Positions 27,945-39,045 of a stretch of DNA of 64,000 nt are shown here, piece after piece. This DNA is from an uncultured Pelagibacteraceae bacterium. GTDB lineage: Bacteria; Pseudomonadota; Alphaproteobacteria; Pelagibacterales; Pelagibacteraceae. Location of the stretch: assembly GCA_902536385.1 (NCBI GenBank), contig CACAWY010000005.1:21991-85990 (forward strand). The letters are read 5' to 3'. Every line of letters begins with the position of its first letter. The first letter of the stretch is position 1. The notes under the pieces were generated by a model, which was not told the DNA's origin, did no database searches, and worked only from the letters and a program-made list of their open reading frames with translations. Made by a program: the position numbers and the translations under genes.

Positions 27945-28589
27945 ATGAATACAAATAATAAATTAAATAAAGCTAATTCGTATAGACTTTCACAAGAATT
28001 ATTAAGAAACAAAGCTTTAAAGAAGGGTGTAAATTTAATTGCACCAGAAACAATATTTTTATCAAGAGACACTCTCTTTGGAAAAAACGTTACAGTGGAT
28101 CCATATGTTGTTATCGGTCCGAATGTTAAAATTGGAGATAATTCTCATATCAAATCTTTCAGTCATCTAGAGGGAACTAAAATTGAAAGAAATGTAGTTG
28201 TAGGTCCTTACGCCAGGTTAAGGGAGGGAACATTATTAAAAGAAAACACTAAAATTGGAAACTTCGTAGAAACAAAAAAATCTCTTATAAATAAAAATTC
28301 AAAAGTAAACCATCTTTCTTATGTTGGAGACACTTCGGTAGGTAAAAATTCAAATATTGGCGCAGGAACAATTACTTGTAATTACGATGGTATTAGAAAA
28401 TCAAAAACAAAAATAGAAGATAATGTTTTTATAGGTTCTAACTCATCACTAGTTGCACCAGTTAGTATAGGCAAAAACAGTGTTGTTGGTGCGGGATCTG
28501 TAATAACAAAAAATGTTAAAAAAAAATCATTAGCACTCACAAGGGCATCACAAATCTCAGTAACAAACTATAAGAGAAAGAAAAAATAA
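27945..28589 (+). CDS. glmU: GlmU C-terminal half only (glucosamine-1-phosphate N-acetyltransferase domain)
   Basis: [48 protein letters not shown]; no N-terminal LAAG.GTRM uridyltransferase domain; ATG at 27945. Confidence 0.85.
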   Translation: MNTNNKLNKANSYRLSQELLRNKALKKGVNLIAPETIFLSRDTLFGKNVTVDPYVVIGPNVKIGDNSHIKSFSHLEGTKIERNVVVGPYARLREGTLLKENTKIGNFVETKKSLINKNSKVNHLSYVGDTSVGKNSNIGAGTITCNYDGIRKSKTKIEDNVFIGSNSSLVAPVSIGKNSVVGAGSVITKNVKKKSLALTRASQISVTNYKRKKK

Positions 28590-30406
28590 TGTGTGGAATC
28601 ATTGGAATTGCTAGCAACAAACCTGTTTCGATTAATATTATCAACTCTCTCAAAAAGTTAGAATATAGAGGTTATGACTCTGCAGGTTTAGCTACCTTAA
28701 GCAACAACTTAATAGATGAAAAAAAATGCTCTGGAAGAGTAGATGAACTTGAAAAAATTTTGTTCAAAAAACCCTCAAATGGCAACATAGGTATAGGACA
28801 TGTAAGATGGGCTACTCATGGAGTCCCCAATATTATTAATGCACATCCTCACTCTTCTGAAAAAGTTTCAGTGGTTCACAATGGTATAATAGAGAACTCA
28901 GAAGAATTGAAAAAGGATCTTGAAGAAAAAGGTTTCAAATTTAAATCACAGACTGATACTGAAGTGATTACTATCTTAGTTACCCAGTTTTTAAACAATT
29001 CAAAACCTTTAGAGTCAGTATTCAAAACCTTAGAAAAATTAAAAGGTAGTTTTGCATTAGGAATTATGTTTAAAAATTTTCCAGACATTATAATTGGAGC
29101 GAGAAGAGGCAGCCCACTTGCCGTTGGTTATTCAAGCGAGGAAAATTACTTAGGTTCAGATTCTTACGCACTAAAATCTATGACAAATAAAATTTCATAT
29201 TTAGATGATGGTGAATTATGTATGTTATCAAAAAATAAAGTCGATTTTTACGACGTAAAACAAAAAAAAATAAATAAAAAGATTTATACTGTTTCAGACG
29301 ATGAAAATACTACAGACAAAGGCGACTATAAAAACTTTATGTCTAAAGAAATTTTTGAGCAATCAACCACTATCAGGAAATGCTTGAGTGAGTATACTGA
29401 TAGTCTTAAAAAAGATATTAATATTTATAATTTTCCTATTGAGCCTAAAAAAATTAATAAGATAATTTTGATTGGTTGTGGAACAGCTTATCATTCATGT
29501 TTAGTAGCAAAGTATTGGTTTGAAGAATTAACCTCCATCGACATCGAGATCGATATTGCCTCAGAATTCAGATATAGAAATTTAAAATTTAAAACTAATA
29601 ATTTATATATTTTTGTTTCTCAGTCTGGTGAAACAGCAGATACTGCAGCAGCGCTTGATATTTGTAAAAAAAATAATGTCAAAACTTGCTCAATAGTAAA
29701 TGTAGTAGAAAGCACGATTGCTAGAAATTCTGATTGGGTATTACCTATTCATGCTGGCCCTGAAATTGGTGTTGCCTCAACCAAAGCCTTTTTGGGACAA
29801 TTAATTGTTCTGTATATTTTATCATTAAAACTTTCTATTGAGAGGGGAGATACTAAAAAAAAGAATTATGACACATGTGTAGAAAATTTGAAAAAACTTC
29901 CAGATGCAATAAACAGCACTTTAAAACTTGAGAGTGAAATTCAATTAATTGCAAAAGAATTTTTAGATGCTAAAGGATCAATGTTTTTAGGTAGAGGAAA
30001 TTCATTTCCAATAGCACTTGAAGGCGCATTAAAATTGAAAGAACTTTCTTATTTACATGCCGAGGGATATCCCGCTGGCGAAATGAAACATGGACCATTA
30101 GCTTTAATTGAGGAAGGCTTACCAGTAATAGTAATAGCGCCTAAAGACAAATATTATGAAAAAACTCTTTCCAATATGCAGGAGGTCATAGCCAGAGGTG
30201 GAAAAATATTTTTTATAACTGATAATAATAATAGATTATTAAGTACAAATATAAGATTTAGATTAAAAGTGCCTCGTGTAGATAGCTTACTATCACCATT
30301 GTTACTTACAATTCCTTTGCAGCTTTTAGCATACCATGTAGCTTCATTAAAAAATTGTGATATTGATAAACCAAGAAATTTAGCTAAGTCAGTTACAGTT
30401 GAATAA
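28589..30406 (+). CDS. glmS: Glutamine--fructose-6-phosphate aminotransferase
   Basis: MCGIIG, LEYRGYDSAG, GHVRWATHG, SQSGETADT, PRNLAKSVTVE. Confidence 0.97.
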   Translation: MCGIIGIASNKPVSINIINSLKKLEYRGYDSAGLATLSNNLIDEKKCSGRVDELEKILFKKPSNGNIGIGHVRWATHGVPNIINAHPHSSEKVSVVHNGIIENSEELKKDLEEKGFKFKSQTDTEVITILVTQFLNNSKPLESVFKTLEKLKGSFALGIMFKNFPDIIIGARRGSPLAVGYSSEENYLGSDSYALKSMTNKISYLDDGELCMLSKNKVDFYDVKQKKINKKIYTVSDDENTTDKGDYKNFMSKEIFEQSTTIRKCLSEYTDSLKKDINIYNFPIEPKKINKIILIGCGTAYHSCLVAKYWFEELTSIDIEIDIASEFRYRNLKFKTNNLYIFVSQSGETADTAAALDICKKNNVKTCSIVNVVESTIARNSDWVLPIHAGPEIGVASTKAFLGQLIVLYILSLKLSIERGDTKKKNYDTCVENLKKLPDAINSTLKLESEIQLIAKEFLDAKGSMFLGRGNSFPIALEGALKLKELSYLHAEGYPAGEMKHGPLALIEEGLPVIVIAPKDKYYEKTLSNMQEVIARGGKIFFITDNNNRLLSTNIRFRLKVPRVDSLLSPLLLTIPLQLLAYHVASLKNCDIDKPRNLAKSVTVE

Positions 30407-30824
30407 AGTGAAATCAAATTATAAAGCCATGGTATTGTCTTGTATTGATCCAAGATTCCAACTTGTTGTTTATAATTATTTAAAGAAAAAAAAATTGGTT
30501 GGCAAGTATAGTTCTTTTACAATAGCAGGATCAGCTATTGGTGTTACAGCTTATAAATTTAAAAGATGGCACAAAGCTTTTTGGGATAATTTTGATACCT
30601 CTGTAAAATTACACAAAATAAGAAAATTAATAGTAATAAATCATAGAGACTGTGGAGCTGCCAAAATTATAAATAAAAAAAAAAAATTTTCCAAAGCAAA
30701 TGAAACAGTGGTACATAGAAATTCTTTTCAAAAAATTAAAAAGATATTTAAGAAAAAATATCCAAAATTAAGGATTGAACTCAAACTTATTTCATTAAAT
30801 AGCAAAGTAGAAACATTTAAGTAA
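30399..30824 (+). CDS. Small beta-class carbonic anhydrase-like protein
   Basis: SCIDPR and HRDCGAA zinc-ligand motifs. Confidence 0.72.
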   Translation: MNKVKSNYKAMVLSCIDPRFQLVVYNYLKKKKLVGKYSSFTIAGSAIGVTAYKFKRWHKAFWDNFDTSVKLHKIRKLIVINHRDCGAAKIINKKKKFSKANETVVHRNSFQKIKKIFKKKYPKLRIELKLISLNSKVETFK

Positions 30825-30887
30825 ATTTTTTACCAATATTTTATTGAATATTTTTAATCTTTACTCTATATATATCGCCAGTTGTAT

Positions 30888-32264
30888 ATGAAAAAATGGA
30901 ATTTAAATAGTTGGAAAAAATTACCTGCTAAACATTTACCTGTTTATCAGGACAAGGAAGAACTTGATTTAGTTTTAAGTAAAATTAAAAAATATCCACC
31001 TTTAGTTTTTGCAGGTGAGTCAAGATCTTTAAAAAAAGCCTTATCAGAAGTTGCTGAAGGTAAAGCATTTTTACTTCAAGGGGGAGATTGTGCAGAAAGC
31101 TTTGCAGAGTTTCACCCAGATAATATTAGAGATACTTTTAAAGTTCTTTTACAAATGTCTTTAGTTTTAACAGCATCGGCCTCAGTTCCAGTCATAAAAG
31201 TTGGAAGAATTGCTGGACAATTTTCCAAACCTCGAAGTGCACCCACAGAAAAAAAAGATGGAAAAGAATTGCCAAGTTATTTAGGTGACAACATTAATGG
31301 AATGGAGTTTACAGAAAAAGCAAGAATACCTGATGCAAAAAGATTATTTCGAGCGTATTCGCAGTCTGCATCTACATTAAACTTACTAAGAGCTTTTTCT
31401 CAAGGAGGCTTTGCTGACCTCAGACAAGTACATTTATGGAATTTAGGCTTCATAAAAGATAAAACAAAAGGTAAGTATAAAGAAATAGAGGATAAAATAA
31501 GCGATGCTTTAGCGTTTATGGAAGCTTGCGGTATTAATTCAGATAACAATCGAAGATTGAGAACTGTAAATTTTTATACTTCGCATGAAGCATTACATTT
31601 ACCGTTCGAAGAGTCTATGACAAGAGTAGACTCAACAACTGGAGAGTATCACGACACTTCAGCCCATTTTGTATGGATAGGAGATAGAACAAGACAACCA
31701 GACGGAGCGCATGTTGAATTTTGTAGAGGTATTAAAAATCCTATTGGTTTAAAATGTGGACCAACTTTAAATCCAGACGAATTAATAAACTTATGCAATA
31801 TTTTAAACCCCGATAATGAAGCTGGAAGATTAACATTAATTTCAAGATTCGGTGCTGATAGTGTTGAAAAATATTTACCTAAGTTAATTAGAGCAATTAA
31901 AAAAGAGGGTCTAAAAGTTATATGGTCTTGTGATCCAATGCATGGAAACACTATCAAAGCTGCAACAGGATTTAAAACTAGACCTTTCGAAAGTGTCTTA
32001 AAAGAGGTAAAAAATTTCTTCGCTGTAAGTCAAGCAGAAGGGAGTTATGCCGGTGGATTACATATAGAGATGACAGGTCAAGATGTGACTGAGTGCACAG
32101 GTGGGGCTCAAAAAATATCTGAGAATGATTTATCGAATAGATATAGGACTCATTGCGATCCTAGACTAAATGCTGACCAAGCATTAGAACTAGCTTTCTT
32201 GATTTCTGAGGAAATTAAGAAAAATTCAAAAATATCAAATAAAATTATTCAAGCTGCGTCTTAA
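30888..32264 (+). CDS. Class II DAHP synthase
   Basis: [44 protein letters not shown]. Confidence 0.95.
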   Translation: MKKWNLNSWKKLPAKHLPVYQDKEELDLVLSKIKKYPPLVFAGESRSLKKALSEVAEGKAFLLQGGDCAESFAEFHPDNIRDTFKVLLQMSLVLTASASVPVIKVGRIAGQFSKPRSAPTEKKDGKELPSYLGDNINGMEFTEKARIPDAKRLFRAYSQSASTLNLLRAFSQGGFADLRQVHLWNLGFIKDKTKGKYKEIEDKISDALAFMEACGINSDNNRRLRTVNFYTSHEALHLPFEESMTRVDSTTGEYHDTSAHFVWIGDRTRQPDGAHVEFCRGIKNPIGLKCGPTLNPDELINLCNILNPDNEAGRLTLISRFGADSVEKYLPKLIRAIKKEGLKVIWSCDPMHGNTIKAATGFKTRPFESVLKEVKNFFAVSQAEGSYAGGLHIEMTGQDVTECTGGAQKISENDLSNRYRTHCDPRLNADQALELAFLISEEIKKNSKISNKIIQAAS

Positions 32265-32317
32265 TAATTATTGTAATTATTAAGACCAAACCTTAAAAGA
32301 GAGGTAAGGTATTAATT

Positions 32318-33055
32318 ATGGATGTAAAAAAAAGAGCAAAAATAATAACCGATTGGATAGACAACTATTGCAATAATGCTTCTTATAAGCCAAAATCATT
32401 AGTAGTTGGAATATCGGGCGGAATAGACTCTTCTGTAGTTAGTACTTTATGTGCAAACACTGGTAGAAAAACAATTGTGTTAACAATGCCAATTAAACAA
32501 ATCAAATCTCAACATGATTTAAGTTTGACACATGCTAAATGGTTAAAACAAAAATATAAAAATGTTGAACATCATTTGTTAGAGATGGATAAAATCTTTA
32601 ACTCATTTTCTCAAGTTTTAAATAAATTTGAAAATGAGCATGGGTATGCAAACTCTAGAGCGAGGTTGAGAATGGCGACTTTATACCAAGTAGCAGCAGC
32701 AAATAATGGAATTGTTGTAGGAACGGGTAACAAAGTTGAAGATTTTGGCGTTGGTTTTTATACTAAATATGGCGATGGTGGGGTTGATATATCTCCTATA
32801 GCTGACTGCAATAAAACTCAAGTGTGGGAATTAGGTAGACATCTCGGTGTGTCGGAAGAAATAATTAATGCCCAACCCACTGATGGTCTATGGGATGATG
32901 GAAGAAACGACGTAGAACAACTTGGAATGAGTTATGCAGATTTAGAGAAGGCTATGGAAAATAAAGATGATCCAAACTATCAAAAATATTTAGAAATAAG
33001 AGAGAAAAATTTACACAAAATGAATCCAATACCAGTATGTACATTTAATGAATAG
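32318..33055 (+). CDS. nadE: NH3-dependent NAD+ synthetase
   Basis: GISGGIDSSV, NSRARLRM, VGFYTKYGDGG, PTDGLW. Confidence 0.93.
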   Translation: MDVKKRAKIITDWIDNYCNNASYKPKSLVVGISGGIDSSVVSTLCANTGRKTIVLTMPIKQIKSQHDLSLTHAKWLKQKYKNVEHHLLEMDKIFNSFSQVLNKFENEHGYANSRARLRMATLYQVAAANNGIVVGTGNKVEDFGVGFYTKYGDGGVDISPIADCNKTQVWELGRHLGVSEEIINAQPTDGLWDDGRNDVEQLGMSYADLEKAMENKDDPNYQKYLEIREKNLHKMNPIPVCTFNE

Positions 33056-34400
33056 TTTAAAATTAACAAATTCTCTAACAAGAAAAAAAGAATTATTTAA
33101 ACCAATTAATTTGGACAAAATTTCTTTATATGCATGCGGACCGACTGTTTACGATAACCCTCATGTAGGTAATGCAAGATCTTTAGTCGTTTTCGATACA
33201 CTTTTTCGAGTATTGCAATTACTTTATGGAGGTAGAAAAGTTTTCTATGTCAGAAATATTACAGACGTAGATGATAAAATAATTGAAGCTTCAAAAAATA
33301 AAAAAAAGTCTATCAATGATATTACGCAAGAGGTAACAAAAATATTTCACCAAAATTGTGAAAGCTTAAATTGTTTAAAACCATCCAAAGAACCTAAGGC
33401 GACCGAACATATAAAGGAAATGATAGAAATGACATCTTCATTAATTGAAAAAAATTTTGCATATGCAAATGAAGGCCATGTATATTTTTCAGTTTCATCT
33501 TTTAAGAATTATGGGAAACTTTCAAATAAAAATTTAGAAGATTTAAAAGCAGGTAGTAGAGTAGAAATATCAGATTTAAAAAAAAATCCAATGGATTTTG
33601 TTTTGTGGAAGCCGTCATCTGAAAAAGATCCTGGATGGCAGTCCCCTTGGGGGAGAGGTAGACCTGGATGGCATTTAGAATGTTCAGTCATGAGTGAGAA
33701 ATACTTAGGAAAAAATTTTGATATTCATGGAGGTGGACTAGATTTAATTTTTCCACATCACGAAAATGAAATTGCGCAATCTTGTTCTAATAATTCTACT
33801 GATAAATTTGCAAATTATTGGTTACATAACGGTTTTGTAACTATTGACAGAGAAAAAATGTCAAAATCTCTCGGAAATATAATAACTATAACTGATGCTG
33901 TTAATAAATATTCAGGCCAAGTTGTGAGACTTGCTTTATTAAGCGCTCATTATAGCCAACCGTTAGATTGGAATGATGATTTATTAAACACCCAAAAAAA
34001 TATTTTAGACAAATGGTATAACCTTTACGAAAAAAATTCAGAGGAAATTAAATTAGATTTAATTGAGACGTTGTTAGATGACTTAAACACTGCAGGATTT
34101 ATTGCTAAAATTCATGAGCTTTACAATGAAGCAATAGCAGGGGACGATAAAAAAAAAGCATTATTTAATAGTGCTTGTCGATTACTTGGACTATTTAATA
34201 TTCCTAAAGAAGAATGGCTAAATTTTAAAAAGAAAAAAATTAAGATTTCTGAAGAGAGTATATTAGAAAAAATACAAGAAAGGACGAAAGCAAAAAATAA
34301 TGGAAATTACGATTTAGCCGATAAAATAAGAAATGAACTTTTAGATGAGGGAATATTAATCGAGGACCAAAAAGAAAAAACTATTTGGAAATTTAAATGA
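33048..34400 (+). CDS. cysS: Cysteine--tRNA ligase
   Basis: CGPTVY..HVGN, GRPGWHLECS, HGGG.DL.FPHHENE, KMSKS. Confidence 0.96.
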   Translation: MNSLKLTNSLTRKKELFKPINLDKISLYACGPTVYDNPHVGNARSLVVFDTLFRVLQLLYGGRKVFYVRNITDVDDKIIEASKNKKKSINDITQEVTKIFHQNCESLNCLKPSKEPKATEHIKEMIEMTSSLIEKNFAYANEGHVYFSVSSFKNYGKLSNKNLEDLKAGSRVEISDLKKNPMDFVLWKPSSEKDPGWQSPWGRGRPGWHLECSVMSEKYLGKNFDIHGGGLDLIFPHHENEIAQSCSNNSTDKFANYWLHNGFVTIDREKMSKSLGNIITITDAVNKYSGQVVRLALLSAHYSQPLDWNDDLLNTQKNILDKWYNLYEKNSEEIKLDLIETLLDDLNTAGFIAKIHELYNEAIAGDDKKKALFNSACRLLGLFNIPKEEWLNFKKKKIKISEESILEKIQERTKAKNNGNYDLADKIRNELLDEGILIEDQKEKTIWKFK

Positions 34401-36001
34401 CCAAAGACAAAATTTATTTATTTGACACTACATTAAGAGATGGAGCCCAAACAGAAGGTGTAGACTTTTCTATTGAAGATAAAAATAAAATTACAAATGT
34501 TTTGTCAAATATCGGAGTAGATTATATAGAGGGAGGTTGGCCTGGTGCTAATCCTGTGGATACTAAATTTTTTTCTAATCCACCTCAAACAAAAAATAGC
34601 ACTTTTACAGCTTTTGGAATGACAAAAAGATCTGGGAGAAGTGCTGATAATGATCCATCTTTGGCCTCACTTATGAATGCTAACACATCAGCAGTATGTG
34701 TAGTTGGCAAAACATGGGACTTTCATGTGAAAGTAGCCCTCGGAATAGAAAATGATGAAAATCTAAAAAATATAAAAGAAACAGCTGATCATTTTATCAA
34801 AAACAAAAAAGAATTTTTATTTGATGCAGAACATTTTTTTGATGGTTATAAAGCTAATCCAAATTACGCTTTAGATTGTTTGAAGCAGGCTTATGATGCT
34901 GGTGCAAGATGGATTGTTCTTTGCGATACAAACGGTGGTACTTTACCAAATGAAATAAAAGAAATTGTCACTAAAGTTTCAAAAACTATACCAGGTAAAA
35001 ATCTTGGAATACATGCACACAATGATACAGAAAATGCAGTTGCTAATTCTTTAGCTGCAGTAGAGTGTGGCGCTAGACAAATTCAAGGAACAATTAATGG
35101 GCTAGGAGAAAGATGTGGAAATGCAAATTTAATGTCAATAATTCCAACACTTTGTTTAAAAAGATCTTTTAGCGATAAATTTAATGTAAATATTTCGAAA
35201 GAAAAACTATCGTCTTTAACTGAGTGTTCAAGATTATTAGACGAGATATTAAATAGAAAACCAAACAAAAACATGGCTTATGTTGGGGCTTCAGCTTTTT
35301 CACATAAAGGTGGATTACATGTTTCAGCTGTAAAAAAAGATCCAAAAACATATGAACATATAGATCCTAAATTAATTGGAAATCATCGTAACATAATTAT
35401 TTCTAATCAGGCCGGAAGATCAAATATTTTATCCCGTTTGGAAAAATATGGCATCAAAATTGATGCTAAAAATCCAAAAGTACAAAAAATTTTAGATGAA
35501 GTCAAAGACAGAGAGTTTAGTGGATATTCATACGACGGAGCCGATGCTTCTTTTGAATTATTAGCTAATAGACTATTAGGAAAAGTTCCAAATTATTTAA
35601 AAGTTAAAAGTTATAATGTAAATATTTCAAAGTCAGATAATATTTTAACTAATGCGAATGTAGTATTCTTAATTGATGGGAAAGAGATTAGCTGTGATGG
35701 AGAAGGTAATGGTCCTGTTAATGCTTTGGACAATGCAATCAGAACTAATTTTAAAAAAGTAGAAAAATATTACAATTTTTTTGCAGACTTAAAACTTTTA
35801 GATTACAAAGTTAGAATATTAAATACTGGAACTGAAGCCACTACAAGAGTATTAATCGAGAGTACAGATAAAACTGGCATAAGTTGGTTTACTGTAGGAG
35901 TTTCTCCAAATATAATTGAAGCTTCTTTTAAAGCTTTGATAGATAGTTTAGATTATAAATTATTTAAAGAAAAAGCACCTGCAAATTTTAATGAAAAATA
36001 A
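34397..36001 (+). CDS. cimA: Citramalate synthase
   Basis: DTTLRDGAQ, FDAEHFFDG, LCDTNGG, HAHND, GERCGNAN, GPVNALD, DYKVRIL. Confidence 0.88.
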   Translation: MTKDKIYLFDTTLRDGAQTEGVDFSIEDKNKITNVLSNIGVDYIEGGWPGANPVDTKFFSNPPQTKNSTFTAFGMTKRSGRSADNDPSLASLMNANTSAVCVVGKTWDFHVKVALGIENDENLKNIKETADHFIKNKKEFLFDAEHFFDGYKANPNYALDCLKQAYDAGARWIVLCDTNGGTLPNEIKEIVTKVSKTIPGKNLGIHAHNDTENAVANSLAAVECGARQIQGTINGLGERCGNANLMSIIPTLCLKRSFSDKFNVNISKEKLSSLTECSRLLDEILNRKPNKNMAYVGASAFSHKGGLHVSAVKKDPKTYEHIDPKLIGNHRNIIISNQAGRSNILSRLEKYGIKIDAKNPKVQKILDEVKDREFSGYSYDGADASFELLANRLLGKVPNYLKVKSYNVNISKSDNILTNANVVFLIDGKEISCDGEGNGPVNALDNAIRTNFKKVEKYYNFFADLKLLDYKVRILNTGTEATTRVLIESTDKTGISWFTVGVSPNIIEASFKALIDSLDYKLFKEKAPANFNEK

Positions 36002-36716
36002 TTTTGGGTTTATTTTAGTAAAACCTCAGTTAGGTGAAAATATAGGTGCATGCGCACGATCAATTAAAAATTTTGGTTTTAAAAATTTAAAAATAGTTTC
36101 TCCAAAATTTACTTTTCCAAATCATAAAACAAAAGTCACGTCAGTAGGTGCTTATGATATCATTAAAAAAACTAAAATTTTAAGCAATATTGAAGAAGCA
36201 ATAGAGGATTTTGATATTATAATCTCTTTAAGTGCACGTAAAAGAGATATTAACAAAAAACATATAACCATTAGAGATTTTTCTAAAATTTTAAGCAGAA
36301 GTAAAAATTTAAATATCGGATTTATGTTTGGTCCTGAAGCATCAGGTTTATCAAACCAAAATTTATCTTATTCAAATTATGTATTACAAATTCCAACTTC
36401 AAAAAAATTTAAGTCTTTGAATTTATCTCATTCTGTAACCATAATATGTTACGAGGTTTTTAAATTCATTAATAGAGGAATATTTGAAAAAACAGGAAAA
36501 AATTTAAAAATTTCATCTAAAAATAGAATTTCATCGGTGGTAAAATATTTAATAAATTTATTAGATGAAAAAAATTTTTTTCTCCCTGTAGAAAAAAAAC
36601 AATCAATGTTAACTAATATTTATAATTTATTTTATAGACTAGAGCTTAATGACAAAGAATTAAGGATTTTAGTTAGTATTATTAGCTCGTTAAGTAAAAA
36701 AAGTATTAAACGATAA
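35991..36716 (+). CDS. SPOUT RNA methyltransferase (TrmJ/LasT family)
   Basis: PQLGENIGACAR, FGPEASGL, SLNLSHSV. Confidence 0.85.
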   Translation: MKNNFGFILVKPQLGENIGACARSIKNFGFKNLKIVSPKFTFPNHKTKVTSVGAYDIIKKTKILSNIEEAIEDFDIIISLSARKRDINKKHITIRDFSKILSRSKNLNIGFMFGPEASGLSNQNLSYSNYVLQIPTSKKFKSLNLSHSVTIICYEVFKFINRGIFEKTGKNLKISSKNRISSVVKYLINLLDEKNFFLPVEKKQSMLTNIYNLFYRLELNDKELRILVSIISSLSKKSIKR

Positions 36717-36744
36717 TTGACAAATTTATCTGAAACCTTATAAA
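36717..36744 (+). promoter_or_regulatory. Putative sigma70 promoter of rpsD
   Basis: TTGACA (36717-36722), 16-nt spacer, TATAAA (36739-36744). Confidence 0.45.
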
Positions 36745-36758
36745 CACATCAAATAATT

Positions 36759-37376
36759 ATGACAAAAAGACTTAAATCTAAACATAAAGTAGATAGAAGA
36801 CTTAAAGCAAATCTATGGGGAAGACCAAAAAGCCCCTTTAACTCTAGAGCTTATCCTCCTGGACAACATGGCCAAAATAAAAAAGGTAAACCAACAGATT
36901 ACGGAACACAGCTTCAAGCAAAACAGAAATTAAAATCATACTATGGAAATATCAATGAAAGACAATTTAGAAATATTTATCGTAAAGCTTTATCAAAGAG
37001 AGGTGATACCACAGAAAATTTGATTGCTTTACTTGAAAGCAGGTTAGATACTGTTATATATAGAGCCAAATTTGCCCCAACCGTTTTTTCTGCAAGACAA
37101 ATAATCAATCACGGACATATTACAGTAAACAAAAAAAGAGTTAATATTTCCAGTTATATAGTTAAGGACTCAGATCTGATTGAAATAAAAGAAAAATCAA
37201 AAAAACTTACATTTATTGAAGGTTCGCTTCAAAGTAAAGAAAGAGATGTCCCAGAATATATTCAACTTGATGACAAAAATAAAACTGCAAAACTAGTCAG
37301 AGTGCCAAAGTTTTCAGAAGTTCCATATCCTGTAATAATGGAACCAAATTTAGTAATCGAATATTATTCAAGATAA
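36759..37376 (+). CDS. rpsD: 30S ribosomal protein S4
   Basis: PGQHG, KQKLK.YYG, LESRLD, ARQ..NHGH, VIEYYSR. Confidence 0.97.
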   Translation: MTKRLKSKHKVDRRLKANLWGRPKSPFNSRAYPPGQHGQNKKGKPTDYGTQLQAKQKLKSYYGNINERQFRNIYRKALSKRGDTTENLIALLESRLDTVIYRAKFAPTVFSARQIINHGHITVNKKRVNISSYIVKDSDLIEIKEKSKKLTFIEGSLQSKERDVPEYIQLDDKNKTAKLVRVPKFSEVPYPVIMEPNLVIEYYSR

Positions 37377-37439
37377 TTCTATTGTATTTAATTTAAATCA
37401 AATATCTTTAATTTTGTCCTAATCTCTATTATCTATTCA

Positions 37440-39041
37440 TTGATAATGAATTTACCAAAAAAAAAAATATTTATTGTATTTGTTTTTATTTACTTTTTAG
37501 TTGGTGCACAAAATTCAATTAAATCAGGAATATCTTTTGATGAAAAACATGAAGAGTTAAATTGGAAATTTCATACGTGGTTGATAGGAGAATTTAAAGA
37601 TAAAATTTTTCACAACAAGCCATTCGATCGTGAATTTTATGACTCAGAGGTAAAAAAATTTGTTGGATATGGTATTGGATTTCAAATAATTTCCCAACCT
37701 ATTCAAGCTATTCTAAAAAATTTATTAATTTTAAATAATGATATAAGCAATTATGGAGCTAAACTTCTATCAAAACACTTTGTAATTTTTACGTTTTTTT
37801 TTATATCTGGTATCTTTTTTTATTTAATCTTAAGGAAACTTATTGATAATGAGGATTTTTGTATAATTAGCACTATTATTTATTTAACTTATCCATATTT
37901 GTTTGGCCAGTCGATGTTTAGTCCTAAAGATATTCCATTTTTAAGTGTTTGGCTTATGTGTACTTATTTAGTTTTTAATTTAATAGACAAATTAATTAGA
38001 AATGACATTTTAAATAATAAGGAAGTAATACTCATTTCTTTTTGTTCAGCTTTTTTGTTATCAATAAGAATTGCAGGATTATTAATATTCATTCAATATT
38101 TATTATTATTAATTTTTTATACAGGTGTTTTTGAAAAAAAACTTTCGTCGTTTGTAAAAAGATTCTATTTAAAATTTTTCATATTTAGCTTATTTTTTTT
38201 ATTATTTACTTTCTTGCTTTACCCAATTTTATGGCTAGACCCTTTTTTAATTTTTGAAACGGTAAATATTAACACTAATCATTTTAATAATGTTGGCACT
38301 AATACTTTAGGTAAAATAATGTACTCACATGATTTACCTTCTACTTATATTCCAATTTGGTTTTCGGTTAAATTACCTTTAATAATTTTGATCGGTTTTT
38401 TAATTATACCCTTTTGTGAAAAAAAAATTTTTAATGATAAAAAAAAATCAATTTTTTTTGGATCTTTATTACTAACAGTATTGTTAATCCCCTTAATTCT
38501 TATTATCAAAAAAGTTCATTTGTATGACGAAATAAGACAAATTATGTTTTTAATTCCTTTAATATTTATTTTAGGTTTAGTTTCTTTATACACGATTTCA
38601 AAAAAATTCTTTTATTCATTGGGTATTATAACCATCTGTTTTTTTATAATTGAAAATATAAGAATCAATCCATATCAATATGTTTGGTTTAACTTACCAT
38701 CTAGATCTGTCGATATTATTGAAAAATTTGAGTTAGAATATCAAGGCATAAGTGGAAGAGAAGTAGCTAAATATATTTCACAATTAGAAAATCAAAATAA
38801 TTGTATCTTAGCAAATCCTCTACATACGGTAAAACCTTTTTTAGGTAATACTAAATTTGATTGTTTTGATGTTTGGCAAAAGATCGACACAAATTATGAA
38901 AGACCTTTTTTAGCAGTTCAACACGTAAGGAATTTAAAAAAAAGCTTACCATACAATTGTGAGAAAATTCATGAAACAAATTTTAAATTAATCTTTTACA
39001 AAAAGGAAATTATCACAAGTAAATTGCTTGAATGTAAATAA
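37440..39041 (+). CDS. Polytopic membrane protein, possible GT-C (PMT/ArnT-like) glycosyltransferase
   Basis: SFDE after the first TM, P.LFG....PKDIPF, LYDE.RQ, many TM helices; start uncertain. Confidence 0.5.
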   Translation: MIMNLPKKKIFIVFVFIYFLVGAQNSIKSGISFDEKHEELNWKFHTWLIGEFKDKIFHNKPFDREFYDSEVKKFVGYGIGFQIISQPIQAILKNLLILNNDISNYGAKLLSKHFVIFTFFFISGIFFYLILRKLIDNEDFCIISTIIYLTYPYLFGQSMFSPKDIPFLSVWLMCTYLVFNLIDKLIRNDILNNKEVILISFCSAFLLSIRIAGLLIFIQYLLLLIFYTGVFEKKLSSFVKRFYLKFFIFSLFFLLFTFLLYPILWLDPFLIFETVNINTNHFNNVGTNTLGKIMYSHDLPSTYIPIWFSVKLPLIILIGFLIIPFCEKKIFNDKKKSIFFGSLLLTVLLIPLILIIKKVHLYDEIRQIMFLIPLIFILGLVSLYTISKKFFYSLGIITICFFIIENIRINPYQYVWFNLPSRSVDIIEKFELEYQGISGREVAKYISQLENQNNCILANPLHTVKPFLGNTKFDCFDVWQKIDTNYERPFLAVQHVRNLKKSLPYNCEKIHETNFKLIFYKKEIITSKLLECK

Positions 39042-39045
39042 AAAA

